Source of the DNA: a virus
Reading direction: 5' to 3' (one strand)
Virus record (IMG/VR): IMGVR_UViG_3300027808_000009
Location: 32,001 to 96,000 of that record
Length of the DNA: 64,000 bases
Below the pieces are notes generated by a model, which worked only from the letters and a program-made list of their open reading frames with translations, searched no databases and was not told where the DNA came from. Shown here piece after piece: positions 28,561-36,932 of this stretch. Each line of letters opens with the position of its first letter. Positions within the stretch are counted from its first letter, which is position 1. The translations under genes were made by a program, and so were the position numbers.

Positions 28561-28695
28561 ATGGCAAATTGTCCAAACTGCAAAATAAGATTATCATGTG
28601 GATGTCAAAAAAGAGTTGCATCAGATAAAACACAAGTATGTACTGCTTGTATTAGTAAATATGAAATTAAACTTAAGCAACAACCAAAAAAATAA
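28561..28695 (+). CDS. Small Cys-rich Zn-finger-like protein (44 aa, MANCPNCKIRLSCGCQKRVASDKTQVCTACISKYEIKLKQQPKK), absent from ORF track
   Basis: ATG 28561 preceded by the AAACCAAC leader motif; CxxC...CGC...CxxC. Confidence 0.7.
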   Translation: MANCPNCKIRLSCGCQKRVASDKTQVCTACISKYEIKLKQQPKK

Positions 28696-28701
28696 AATAT
28701 A

Positions 28702-30495
28702 ATGGCAGGATCGATGACATTCAGATGTTGTAATATATCAGTTACAACAATATATCAAAGTGACTGTGGTGGAGGTACATCTGCATCATGTCCAATTACT
28801 GGTAATGTATATAGATTAATTATTAACAATGTAAGATCAAATGAATGTTGGGAAGCAGTTGATGGTTATTATCCAGAAGCTATAACTGCAATTATTACAT
28901 ATGATGCTTCATATGAACCATATGATTCATGTAATGATTGTTTACAACATAATTATAAATTATATAACTGTTTTGATGATACTATAATATATACTAACTA
29001 TCTTGAATGCCCCAATTGTATAAATTATATTAATCAAATGATGTATACTAATATTGAACCAAATCCATGTTGGTACATTACTGTTGCATCATTACCAATT
29101 GGACCAATAATTCCAGTATTAGAATTAGAGGGTTTTTGTGATCCTTGTGATCCAAGTTGTTATATTATTACGGGTATAGGTGTCATAACTTATTTTAATC
29201 AGTACTATGAACTAGCAACAGCAGATGCTCCAGCAAGAGTATGTGCGTCATCTTATCCATCTGTATCAGGAATTAATTATACAATTACTCAAGATGGAGA
29301 CTGTTCATATAGAAACTCTTGTCCAACTTATTGTTATGAATTAACTAATTGTATAACTGAAGAAGTAATCAGATCAACAAATCAAGATCTTGCATTTCCA
29401 TTTGTATTAAATGAAACTATTGAGATTGCTGAACGTGATGGTTGTTGGACAATAACTAGAGCATTAGTTGAAATATGCACAGGAGTTATTGAAACTACTA
29501 TTATAAATACATATGCAAATTGTGAAGATTGTATACCAGCTTTTTATTATAGATTAGAATCATGTGGTAACTCAGAACCAATTATACTTTATACATCTCA
29601 AGATTTATCAGCGTATGTTGGTCAAACTGTATCATTAAATGATTATATTGGGTGTTATAATGTAACAATATATCAAGGTCAAGTACCTAATCCAGTAACA
29701 ATATCATTTAAAAATAATTATCCTGACTGTATTGAATGTGCATTACCAAGATATAAATTAATTGATTGTGATGGTATAAGACCAAGTATATATACTACTA
29801 CAGATGTATCTGCATATTTATCTTCAGTAATTAAACTTACATTTTATCCTGATACTTGTTGGACGGTTGAAACAACAACTATTAATTCATCAGATGATTT
29901 AGTAATTATTGATAAAGAGTTTACAGATTGTCAAGAGTGTTCAATTGATTACCCATGTATATGTAGTACAGTAACAAATAATAGTGATTTTACTCAAACT
30001 TTTACATATAGAGATTGTGATGGTAATACAGAAGGTAATGATATTATACTTGCACCAGGTGAAGTAAGTATTAAACACTGTGTATTAAAATGGATATTTC
30101 CTGAGTTCTGGACTCTACCAAAAATCATTACTGAGTATGGTGAATGTGTAGAGGGCAAATGTGTTGTTGTATTACCTTTTAGAAGTGTAAGACCAGGTTA
30201 TAATTCTCCATCATGTTCAGTACAATACTATGAAAGAATTGCATGTGAGTATGCAGAAATACTTTATAGAGATGTAATAGCTCAAAGATATGGTATTGCA
30301 CCATGTTGTTCTGAAGAAGAATTATACAGAATAGATATTAAATTCCAATTACTTGAATTACAAGCAATTAATAATCTTGATTATTTATGTGCACAATTTA
30401 ATCCATGTTGTCATAGAGATGATAGTTGTGGATGCGGTTGTAATAATAACTCATGTCAACAAACTACAAATTGCGGATGTGGTTGTAATTCTTAA
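28702..30495 (+). CDS. Cys-rich repeat structural protein (597 aa), putative tail hub/fibre
   Basis: About 50 Cys; repeated Y[KER]L..C ... C[WY].[IV] ... [YF].[DN]C..C units. Confidence 0.6.
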   Translation: MAGSMTFRCCNISVTTIYQSDCGGGTSASCPITGNVYRLIINNVRSNECWEAVDGYYPEAITAIITYDASYEPYDSCNDCLQHNYKLYNCFDDTIIYTNYLECPNCINYINQMMYTNIEPNPCWYITVASLPIGPIIPVLELEGFCDPCDPSCYIITGIGVITYFNQYYELATADAPARVCASSYPSVSGINYTITQDGDCSYRNSCPTYCYELTNCITEEVIRSTNQDLAFPFVLNETIEIAERDGCWTITRALVEICTGVIETTIINTYANCEDCIPAFYYRLESCGNSEPIILYTSQDLSAYVGQTVSLNDYIGCYNVTIYQGQVPNPVTISFKNNYPDCIECALPRYKLIDCDGIRPSIYTTTDVSAYLSSVIKLTFYPDTCWTVETTTINSSDDLVIIDKEFTDCQECSIDYPCICSTVTNNSDFTQTFTYRDCDGNTEGNDIILAPGEVSIKHCVLKWIFPEFWTLPKIITEYGECVEGKCVVVLPFRSVRPGYNSPSCSVQYYERIACEYAEILYRDVIAQRYGIAPCCSEEELYRIDIKFQLLELQAINNLDYLCAQFNPCCHRDDSCGCGCNNNSCQQTTNCGCGCNS

Positions 30496-30529
30496 TTAAA
30501 ATACTTATATTATAATATATACAAAAGAT

Positions 30530-31984
30530 ATGAAACCATTAAACTTTGATAATTCTCCATGTAGTCCAACATCTTCAAATTGTGTAATTTGGGGTGGACC
30601 GGATTTACCATGTATTAATTTATGTAAAGGAGATAGTATTACAGATGTAATTGAAAAACTTGCTACTGAATTATGTGGAATTTTAGATGTACTAAACATT
30701 AGTGCATATGATATAACTTGTTTTAATTTAGCTAATTGTGCTCCACAAACATTTACTGATCTGATTAATTTCTTAATAGTAAAAGTATGTGAACTTGAAA
30801 ATATTCCACCAGATGGTGGAGGAACTACTCCTTCAACTGGATGCCCTACAGATTGTTTTATAGAAGTAGCACCATGTTTTGTAGTAGGTACTGCAACAAC
30901 AATGAACTTAATAAATTATGTAAATGTAATTGGTACAAGAATATGTGAGCTTGCAAATACTATTGCATTACAACAAATTGCAATTAACAGTTTAGATAAT
31001 AGAGTAACTGTATTAGAATCAGCTGGTCCTCCAGTTATTCCAGTATTGTCAATGGTGATGGCTGAGGAATTACCTTCAGTTCCTTCATTGCCTGCAGGAA
31101 GTACACAACTTATTCAAACAGTTGTTGATTCATTTGTAAACCAAATATGGTTTCCATTTGTTGCAACAACGGGTGACTCAGGTTTATTAGCTAATGCAAT
31201 TTCACAACAAACAGTAGCTGCAACTGACTTATCAAAAGTTAATCCAGCTGCACAAATGTCTGCACAGTATGCTGGTTTATGGACAACACCAACAGGAACT
31301 ATTGCAGGTACAATAAATAACATATGGGCATGTATTAAAGATTTAAGAAATCAAACTCCAGTTACAGTAACAGCATTAGATACTACAACTATTAATATGA
31401 CTGTTACAGGTGGACCTGCTTATGTAGTTAGTGCAGATGTAATACCTCAAGCTCCATCAGTTGCAGATACAGCTACTGTTAATTTATCAGTAGGTGTAGG
31501 ACCAACATACACATTAACAGCTGATGTTATTGTACCAGGTGCAATGTTTGCCTATGGTACTCCAAGTGATCTTGCTAACATTACTCCTACAATATCTACT
31601 AGTTTATCTGATGGTACTATACAAATAATGTCTGAAGATTATGATGAAGATAATGCATATAATCCATTAACAGGTATATGGACTTGTCCTGCTACAGGCG
31701 TATATAATTTAAGCTTTTTTATACAACTTCAAAAACCAGTATCAGGTTTTAATAGTGGTTCTATAATGGCTGGTATAACTGATGTAAGTGCAACAAATAT
31801 TGAACTAGCATCAACTGTTGCAATAGGAAATATTACAAGACTTGTTTATTTAAACGGTTGTATCTTAGGTCTTAGAATTAATGCAGGTATACAACTATGT
31901 CTTAGAATAGTTAATTTTACAGATGCTTCATATGTAGCAAACACAAGTGATACAGCAAGGATGACAATTCAAAAAGTTAAATAA
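30530..31984 (+). CDS. Trimeric fibre with Cys-rich N-terminal anchor and C-terminal C1q/TNF-like domain
   Basis: Coiled coil IAINSLDNRVTVLE; YDEDNAYNPLTGIWTCPATGVYNLSF matches the C1q core motif. Confidence 0.65.
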   Translation: MKPLNFDNSPCSPTSSNCVIWGGPDLPCINLCKGDSITDVIEKLATELCGILDVLNISAYDITCFNLANCAPQTFTDLINFLIVKVCELENIPPDGGGTTPSTGCPTDCFIEVAPCFVVGTATTMNLINYVNVIGTRICELANTIALQQIAINSLDNRVTVLESAGPPVIPVLSMVMAEELPSVPSLPAGSTQLIQTVVDSFVNQIWFPFVATTGDSGLLANAISQQTVAATDLSKVNPAAQMSAQYAGLWTTPTGTIAGTINNIWACIKDLRNQTPVTVTALDTTTINMTVTGGPAYVVSADVIPQAPSVADTATVNLSVGVGPTYTLTADVIVPGAMFAYGTPSDLANITPTISTSLSDGTIQIMSEDYDEDNAYNPLTGIWTCPATGVYNLSFFIQLQKPVSGFNSGSIMAGITDVSATNIELASTVAIGNITRLVYLNGCILGLRINAGIQLCLRIVNFTDASYVANTSDTARMTIQKVK

Positions 31985-31992
31985 AAAATATT

Positions 31993-33243
31993 ATGAATAC
32001 ATGTATAAAATGCGGTTGTCAAGATGCTTATCCTTCTTTACCACCATGCCCAACTCCAGCGGCTTGTCCTAATCCACAACCATGTGCAGAAGTATTTGAT
32101 GCACAGTGTATCGTATTTACACTACCTGATATTCTTTGTGGTTTAGATATTGTAGTAGCACAAAATGATTCTTTTGTAGATGCATTAACTGGTATTGTTA
32201 CTTATTTTTGTCAAAGACTTGTTACAATACAAGGACAAATTGTAATTATACAAGGTGATATAACAACTTTACAAGGAGATGTAACTACTTTACAAACAAC
32301 TGTAAATGATCTTTCAGCTTGTTGTGAACTTGTAGATGGTTTAGTACAATCTGTAACTGGTTTAAATACTGATAATACTGATCCTCAAAATCCTATTGTT
32401 AAAATCTCAGTAGATGGTACAACTATTACTGGTCTTGGTACACCGGCAAGTCCGCTTATTGCAACTGGAGGTGGTGGTACTGTTGGTGGTTCTGGTACAA
32501 ATAATTACTTAGCTAGATGGACACCAAATTCAACTACTCTAGGAACTAGTGTAATACAAGATAACGGAACCCATGCAGGTATTGGTGGAATAACCACAAA
32601 TACAACTTTTTATGCAAATTCATTAAATAATGATATATATGCTTTATCAGCAGCTCAAAATGCAAATTTAAATAATAGTTCTGCATTAAGCACTTCATCA
32701 CAAGTACCAGGGCCATTTTTAAATACTTCAATACGTGCTCAAGCAATTAATACATCAACTGGGGGAACAGTACTTATAGATGCATTTTCAAATACTTCTA
32801 CAACTGGAACTGGGCAATCAATAGGTTTAAAAGTAAGTTTACAAGGAGCTCTTTCAACAAAATACTCTGCTCAGTTACAAGATGGCACAGAAAGTATTGG
32901 TAAAGTTTTAACCTGTATGACTACAGATGGAAAAGCAAATTGGGCAACACCAGCATATAATAATTTACAAAAAGTTATAACAACCACATATATATTAACA
33001 GATGCAGATAATGATTATACTATTTTTATAAATAATGGTGTAACTGCAATATCAATTTCTTTAGGTGCTATTACAGTTGCAAACTTTTGTGTAGGATTCA
33101 TACAAGAAGGTTCAGCAGATGTAACATTTGTAGGTGTAACTAATCCAGTAGGTCTTAAACTTAAAGGACAAGGTTATCAAGCATTCATTGAAAGAAAACT
33201 TTCTACTTCTACATATTATTTATTAGGTAATACTAAAGTTTAA
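31993..33243 (+). CDS. Tail/head fibre protein
   Basis: Cys-rich N-terminus similar to 30530 gene; heptads IQGDITTLQGDVTTLQ; GGGGTVGGSGTNNYLARWT fibre motif. Confidence 0.7.
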   Translation: MNTCIKCGCQDAYPSLPPCPTPAACPNPQPCAEVFDAQCIVFTLPDILCGLDIVVAQNDSFVDALTGIVTYFCQRLVTIQGQIVIIQGDITTLQGDVTTLQTTVNDLSACCELVDGLVQSVTGLNTDNTDPQNPIVKISVDGTTITGLGTPASPLIATGGGGTVGGSGTNNYLARWTPNSTTLGTSVIQDNGTHAGIGGITTNTTFYANSLNNDIYALSAAQNANLNNSSALSTSSQVPGPFLNTSIRAQAINTSTGGTVLIDAFSNTSTTGTGQSIGLKVSLQGALSTKYSAQLQDGTESIGKVLTCMTTDGKANWATPAYNNLQKVITTTYILTDADNDYTIFINNGVTAISISLGAITVANFCVGFIQEGSADVTFVGVTNPVGLKLKGQGYQAFIERKLSTSTYYLLGNTKV

Positions 33244-33246
33244 TGT

Positions 33247-34491
33247 ATGAATAGTTTTAAAAAAAATATTTATAGTACAGCGACTGAAAACTCATGTCCT
33301 GATTGTATTGCACCTGATGTAACTATTGGTCTTCAAACTTGGACAGCATGTAATGCAGATGTTTCTACTTATAGAGATGGTACATTTATACCTGAAGTTA
33401 CTGATCCAACGGCTTGGGCAGGTTTAACTACCGGAGCATGGTGTTGGTATAATAATGATCCAGCTAATGAAGCTACATATGGTAAGTTATATAACTGGTT
33501 TGCAGTTAATGATACATTACATGGAGGTTTAGCTCCTATTGGTTATCATGTACCAACCCTTTTGGAATTAACTACATTAGTTGATTTTGCAGGAGGACAA
33601 CTTATTGCAGGAGGTAAGTTAAAAGAAACAGGATTCTGCTATTGGAATACGCCAAATACAGGGGCTACTGATTTCTATGGTTTTTCTATGCTTGGCGGTG
33701 GATTTAGAATTGATACAGGAGTTTTTGATAATCAGGGTAATATTGGTTACTTATGGTCTACTGATCAATTCAGTCTTACTAATGGTTATGGTAAATTTAT
33801 GAATCATAATGATACTTTTGCAAGCAATTTTAATACCAATAAGAAAGCCGGTATGTCTATAAGATTTGTAAAAGATTGCCCTACATGTGCTGATGGAGTA
33901 GTTACAATTGGTACACAGATATGGACAACATGTAATGCAGATGTTATAGAATATACCGATACTACTCCAATACCAGAAGTAACAGACCCTACTGCTTGGG
34001 CTGCTTTAACAACTGGAGCATGGTGTCATGTTAATAATAATCCAGCAAATGATGCAATATATGGTAAACTATATAACTGGTATGCAGTTGCAGGTATATA
34101 TGATGCAGCATCACTTGCTAATCCCGCACTAAGAAAACAGTTTGCACCAAGTGGATACCATGTACCAACTAATCTTGAAATGGCTACATTAATTACTTAT
34201 CTAGGTGGTGATACAATTGCTGGTAGAAAAATGAAAGAAGTCGGAACCACACATTGGGCTGCTACAAATGATGCTACAAATACTTCATGTTTTACTGCTT
34301 TAGGTAGTGGTTATCGTTTTTACGTAACAGGTGTATATGTTCAATTTAATGTATATAGTTACTGGTGGTTAGCAACTGATGTTAATCTTGATACTGCACA
34401 TACAATATTTATAAGAAATGACGCGCCTAATTGTACACCTGGAACAACTGATAAAAATTATGGATTTTCAGTGAGATTGATGCAAGACTAA
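33247..34491 (+). CDS. Protein with two tandem FISUMP (Fib_succ_major, CLec-fold) domains
   Basis: Two copies of VTIG.Q.WT.CN...YGKLYNW.AV...G.HVPT..E...L....GG...AG.K.KE.G...W, ending GMSIRFVKD and GFSVRLMQD. Confidence 0.85.
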   Translation: MNSFKKNIYSTATENSCPDCIAPDVTIGLQTWTACNADVSTYRDGTFIPEVTDPTAWAGLTTGAWCWYNNDPANEATYGKLYNWFAVNDTLHGGLAPIGYHVPTLLELTTLVDFAGGQLIAGGKLKETGFCYWNTPNTGATDFYGFSMLGGGFRIDTGVFDNQGNIGYLWSTDQFSLTNGYGKFMNHNDTFASNFNTNKKAGMSIRFVKDCPTCADGVVTIGTQIWTTCNADVIEYTDTTPIPEVTDPTAWAALTTGAWCHVNNNPANDAIYGKLYNWYAVAGIYDAASLANPALRKQFAPSGYHVPTNLEMATLITYLGGDTIAGRKMKEVGTTHWAATNDATNTSCFTALGSGYRFYVTGVYVQFNVYSYWWLATDVNLDTAHTIFIRNDAPNCTPGTTDKNYGFSVRLMQD

Positions 34492-34532
34492 AGATATGTC
34501 GCAGTTTGTTGGTTTCTGTGACTGACAACAAG

Positions 34533-34567
34533 ACCCCGGTATGTGCTCATTACCGGGGTTATTTTTT
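34533..34567 (+). terminator. Rho-independent terminator
   Basis: ACCCCGGTA-9nt-TACCGGGGT perfect GC-rich stem plus T-tract. Confidence 0.8.
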
Positions 34568-34649
34568 ATATGTAACTTATAAGTGCTATATTTGTTTTGG
34601 CTTGTAAACTTTTATAAGTCTGAAAAATTTAGTATATTAATTATAAGAT

Positions 34650-35237
34650 ATGGAAAGCAAAGTATTTAGAGGACCAGATGTAAAAGGCAAAAGATTTAGG
34701 CCTGATACACATTTTATATTAACTCCTAAGTTTTTTAAACTGTTTAAAGAAAAGTATCCTAAGTATAGTGACATTGATGATAAAAGCTTAAGACAAATAT
34801 GTAACAACTTTCATGTACTCTTTTTAGAAACTGTGATAGATAAAAGAGATGGTGTAGAGTTACCAGAAGGTTTAGGTAATATTTTTATAGGTACATGTCA
34901 AACAAGTAAGAAAAAAAATATTGACTATGGTAAGTCAAATAAATATGGAGTAATAGTAACAAATACTAACTGGGGTACTGATGGTAAGTTAGCTAAAATA
35001 TTCTATTCCAATTTTGCTACCAAGTATAACTTTGATAATAGAGAGTGCTGGGCTTTTGTTGGGTGTAGAACATTCAAAAGAACCGTTGCAAAAACATATC
35101 CTGATAATTGGCCCATCTATGTACAAGTAGATCCAATGAAGAAAATACGTAAACTGTTTTCAGCTGCTAGACAGAGAGCATATTTTAAAGATGTGGAAGA
35201 TGAAAAATTAAAAACATATAATGAATTTGACATATGA
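34650..35237 (+). CDS. IHF/HU-like protein of the crAss-like tail module
   Basis: LRQICNNFHVLFLETVIDKRDGVELPEGLGNIFIG resembles HU helix-strand pattern; position immediately before tail ring genes as in crAss-like phages. Confidence 0.55.
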   Translation: MESKVFRGPDVKGKRFRPDTHFILTPKFFKLFKEKYPKYSDIDDKSLRQICNNFHVLFLETVIDKRDGVELPEGLGNIFIGTCQTSKKKNIDYGKSNKYGVIVTNTNWGTDGKLAKIFYSNFATKYNFDNRECWAFVGCRTFKRTVAKTYPDNWPIYVQVDPMKKIRKLFSAARQRAYFKDVEDEKLKTYNEFDI

Positions 35238-35905
35238 CAACAATTGGTGAAGCAATATCAAGAGTAAGAAATGCTCTTAAAGCAGTTAAGGAAGATCCGT
35301 TCTTAACTGATAGAACTATATATTTTGCAATATCTAAATATGGTAAGTCTTTATTAAAAAGAGAAGACAACCAGAATAGGTTAATGAAAATAAGTTCAAT
35401 ATTTTCTACATTGACATATGTAGAATTAATTGATGTGGATAAAGTTGAAGCTGGTTGTGTTGGTGTTACATCAGGTTGTTATATTAAAAGAACTAAAGAG
35501 AAGCTACCTAAGTTTTTTGATGGACTTAATGGACCACTTATACGTACTGTATCATCATTAGATACATCAGTAGAATTATTCAGAACTGATCCAGGTACGT
35601 ATTCTTCTATGACTAAAGTTACAAGTTTTAAATATAATACTAGAAAGTATTTCTGGTATTTGAATGGTTACTTATATATGCCAAATGTACAATGGGAAGC
35701 AATTAAAGTTGAAGGTGTATTTGAAGATACAATATCTGGTTTTACATGTGATACTACAGAGGAGTGTAGATTTAGAAATGATGATCAGTTACCTTTTCCA
35801 GATTATTTATTTGGGGAGATTGAACAATATGTATTAAAAGAATTAACTATGTCTATTAATGTACCTACTAATGGTCCTGATGATAGTCAAAACTCATTAA
35901 GATAA
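35234..35905 (+). CDS. Tail tubular/ring protein
   Basis: 223 aa; N-terminal helices (TIGEAISRVR...LTDRTIYFAI), YFWYLNGYLY beta motif; precedes the muzzle gene. Confidence 0.65.
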   Translation: MTTIGEAISRVRNALKAVKEDPFLTDRTIYFAISKYGKSLLKREDNQNRLMKISSIFSTLTYVELIDVDKVEAGCVGVTSGCYIKRTKEKLPKFFDGLNGPLIRTVSSLDTSVELFRTDPGTYSSMTKVTSFKYNTRKYFWYLNGYLYMPNVQWEAIKVEGVFEDTISGFTCDTTEECRFRNDDQLPFPDYLFGEIEQYVLKELTMSINVPTNGPDDSQNSLR

Positions 35906-36921
35906 TGGACTTTAACTATACACTCAAGCTAAGAACATTTGACCAGCTACTGGAAGATGTTACAATTGATTTAAACACATTTGCTCTTGAAAATATGATA
36001 GAGCCTCAACAACTTATTAAAGTTGCTAGGAGAGTAACATATGACTTAGGGTTAAGAATCAATATGACTAAAGAAGTTATATTAGAAGTAGAGCATCATA
36101 AGATAAAACTACCTGATGATTTTTTTACTATGAACTTTGGTTCTATATGTGGTTCATTTAAACAACACGTGGGTTATAACATTGGTGGTACTACTACTAT
36201 AGAAGTACCTTATAATGAAGTACCAAGTACAGTAGATCTATGTGCTCCTCCTACTGTTAACTGTTCAACATGTAATGCTAATCCCTGTAATCATACTGCA
36301 GCTTGTCAAGGACATGTTCCAGACTGTTCTCCAGTAGTAGTTCCAGGATATGATCCACTTAATCCATTTGGTGATACTTGTATAAGACCAAGAGTATTTT
36401 CTAACTGTAAAGGAGATCAATTTGAGTTAATACAAATTATGCCTACAGGTGAAACAAGAACATATGAAGCTTTAATTCCATTAAGATTTAGAGCATCTCA
36501 AGAAATTGAATGTGATTGTCCTAATTTATATATTAATGCAGCTAATGAAGCATGGATTAAAAACGGATTCTTACATACTACATTTGAATGCGGTAAAATA
36601 TATCTTAATTATCAAGGAGCACTTGAAGATGCTGATGGTAACTTATTAGTTCCGGATCATGATGAGATAAATGAATACTATGAGTATGCATTAAAACAAA
36701 GAATATTTGAGAACTTGTATCTTAATGGTGAAGATGTATCACAAAAATTACAACTTATAGAGCAAAGATTAAAAGCTGCTAGAAACTATGCTTTATCAAT
36801 TGTTAATACTCCAAATTTTGCAGAGATGAAAGGTTTATGGATGGCTAATAGAAGAGCACAATATGCTAAATACTATGACATGTTTAAAAGTTATAACTAT
36901 AACAGCATGCGTTTATTATAA
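35905..36921 (+). CDS. Tail tubular/ring protein with Cys-rich insertion
   Basis: IYLNYQG...DADGNLLVPD and YYEYALK motifs; central CAPPTVNCSTCNANPCNHTAAC insert. Confidence 0.65.
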   Translation: MDFNYTLKLRTFDQLLEDVTIDLNTFALENMIEPQQLIKVARRVTYDLGLRINMTKEVILEVEHHKIKLPDDFFTMNFGSICGSFKQHVGYNIGGTTTIEVPYNEVPSTVDLCAPPTVNCSTCNANPCNHTAACQGHVPDCSPVVVPGYDPLNPFGDTCIRPRVFSNCKGDQFELIQIMPTGETRTYEALIPLRFRASQEIECDCPNLYINAANEAWIKNGFLHTTFECGKIYLNYQGALEDADGNLLVPDHDEINEYYEYALKQRIFENLYLNGEDVSQKLQLIEQRLKAARNYALSIVNTPNFAEMKGLWMANRRAQYAKYYDMFKSYNYNSMRLL

Positions 36922-36932
36922 TACTTTATATT

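Noticed and set aside
33320-34488. The two FISUMP copies as a DGR template/variable repeat pair
   Set aside because: Both are in-frame coding, differences are at all bases (mostly synonymous) rather than adenine-specific, and no RT is in the window.
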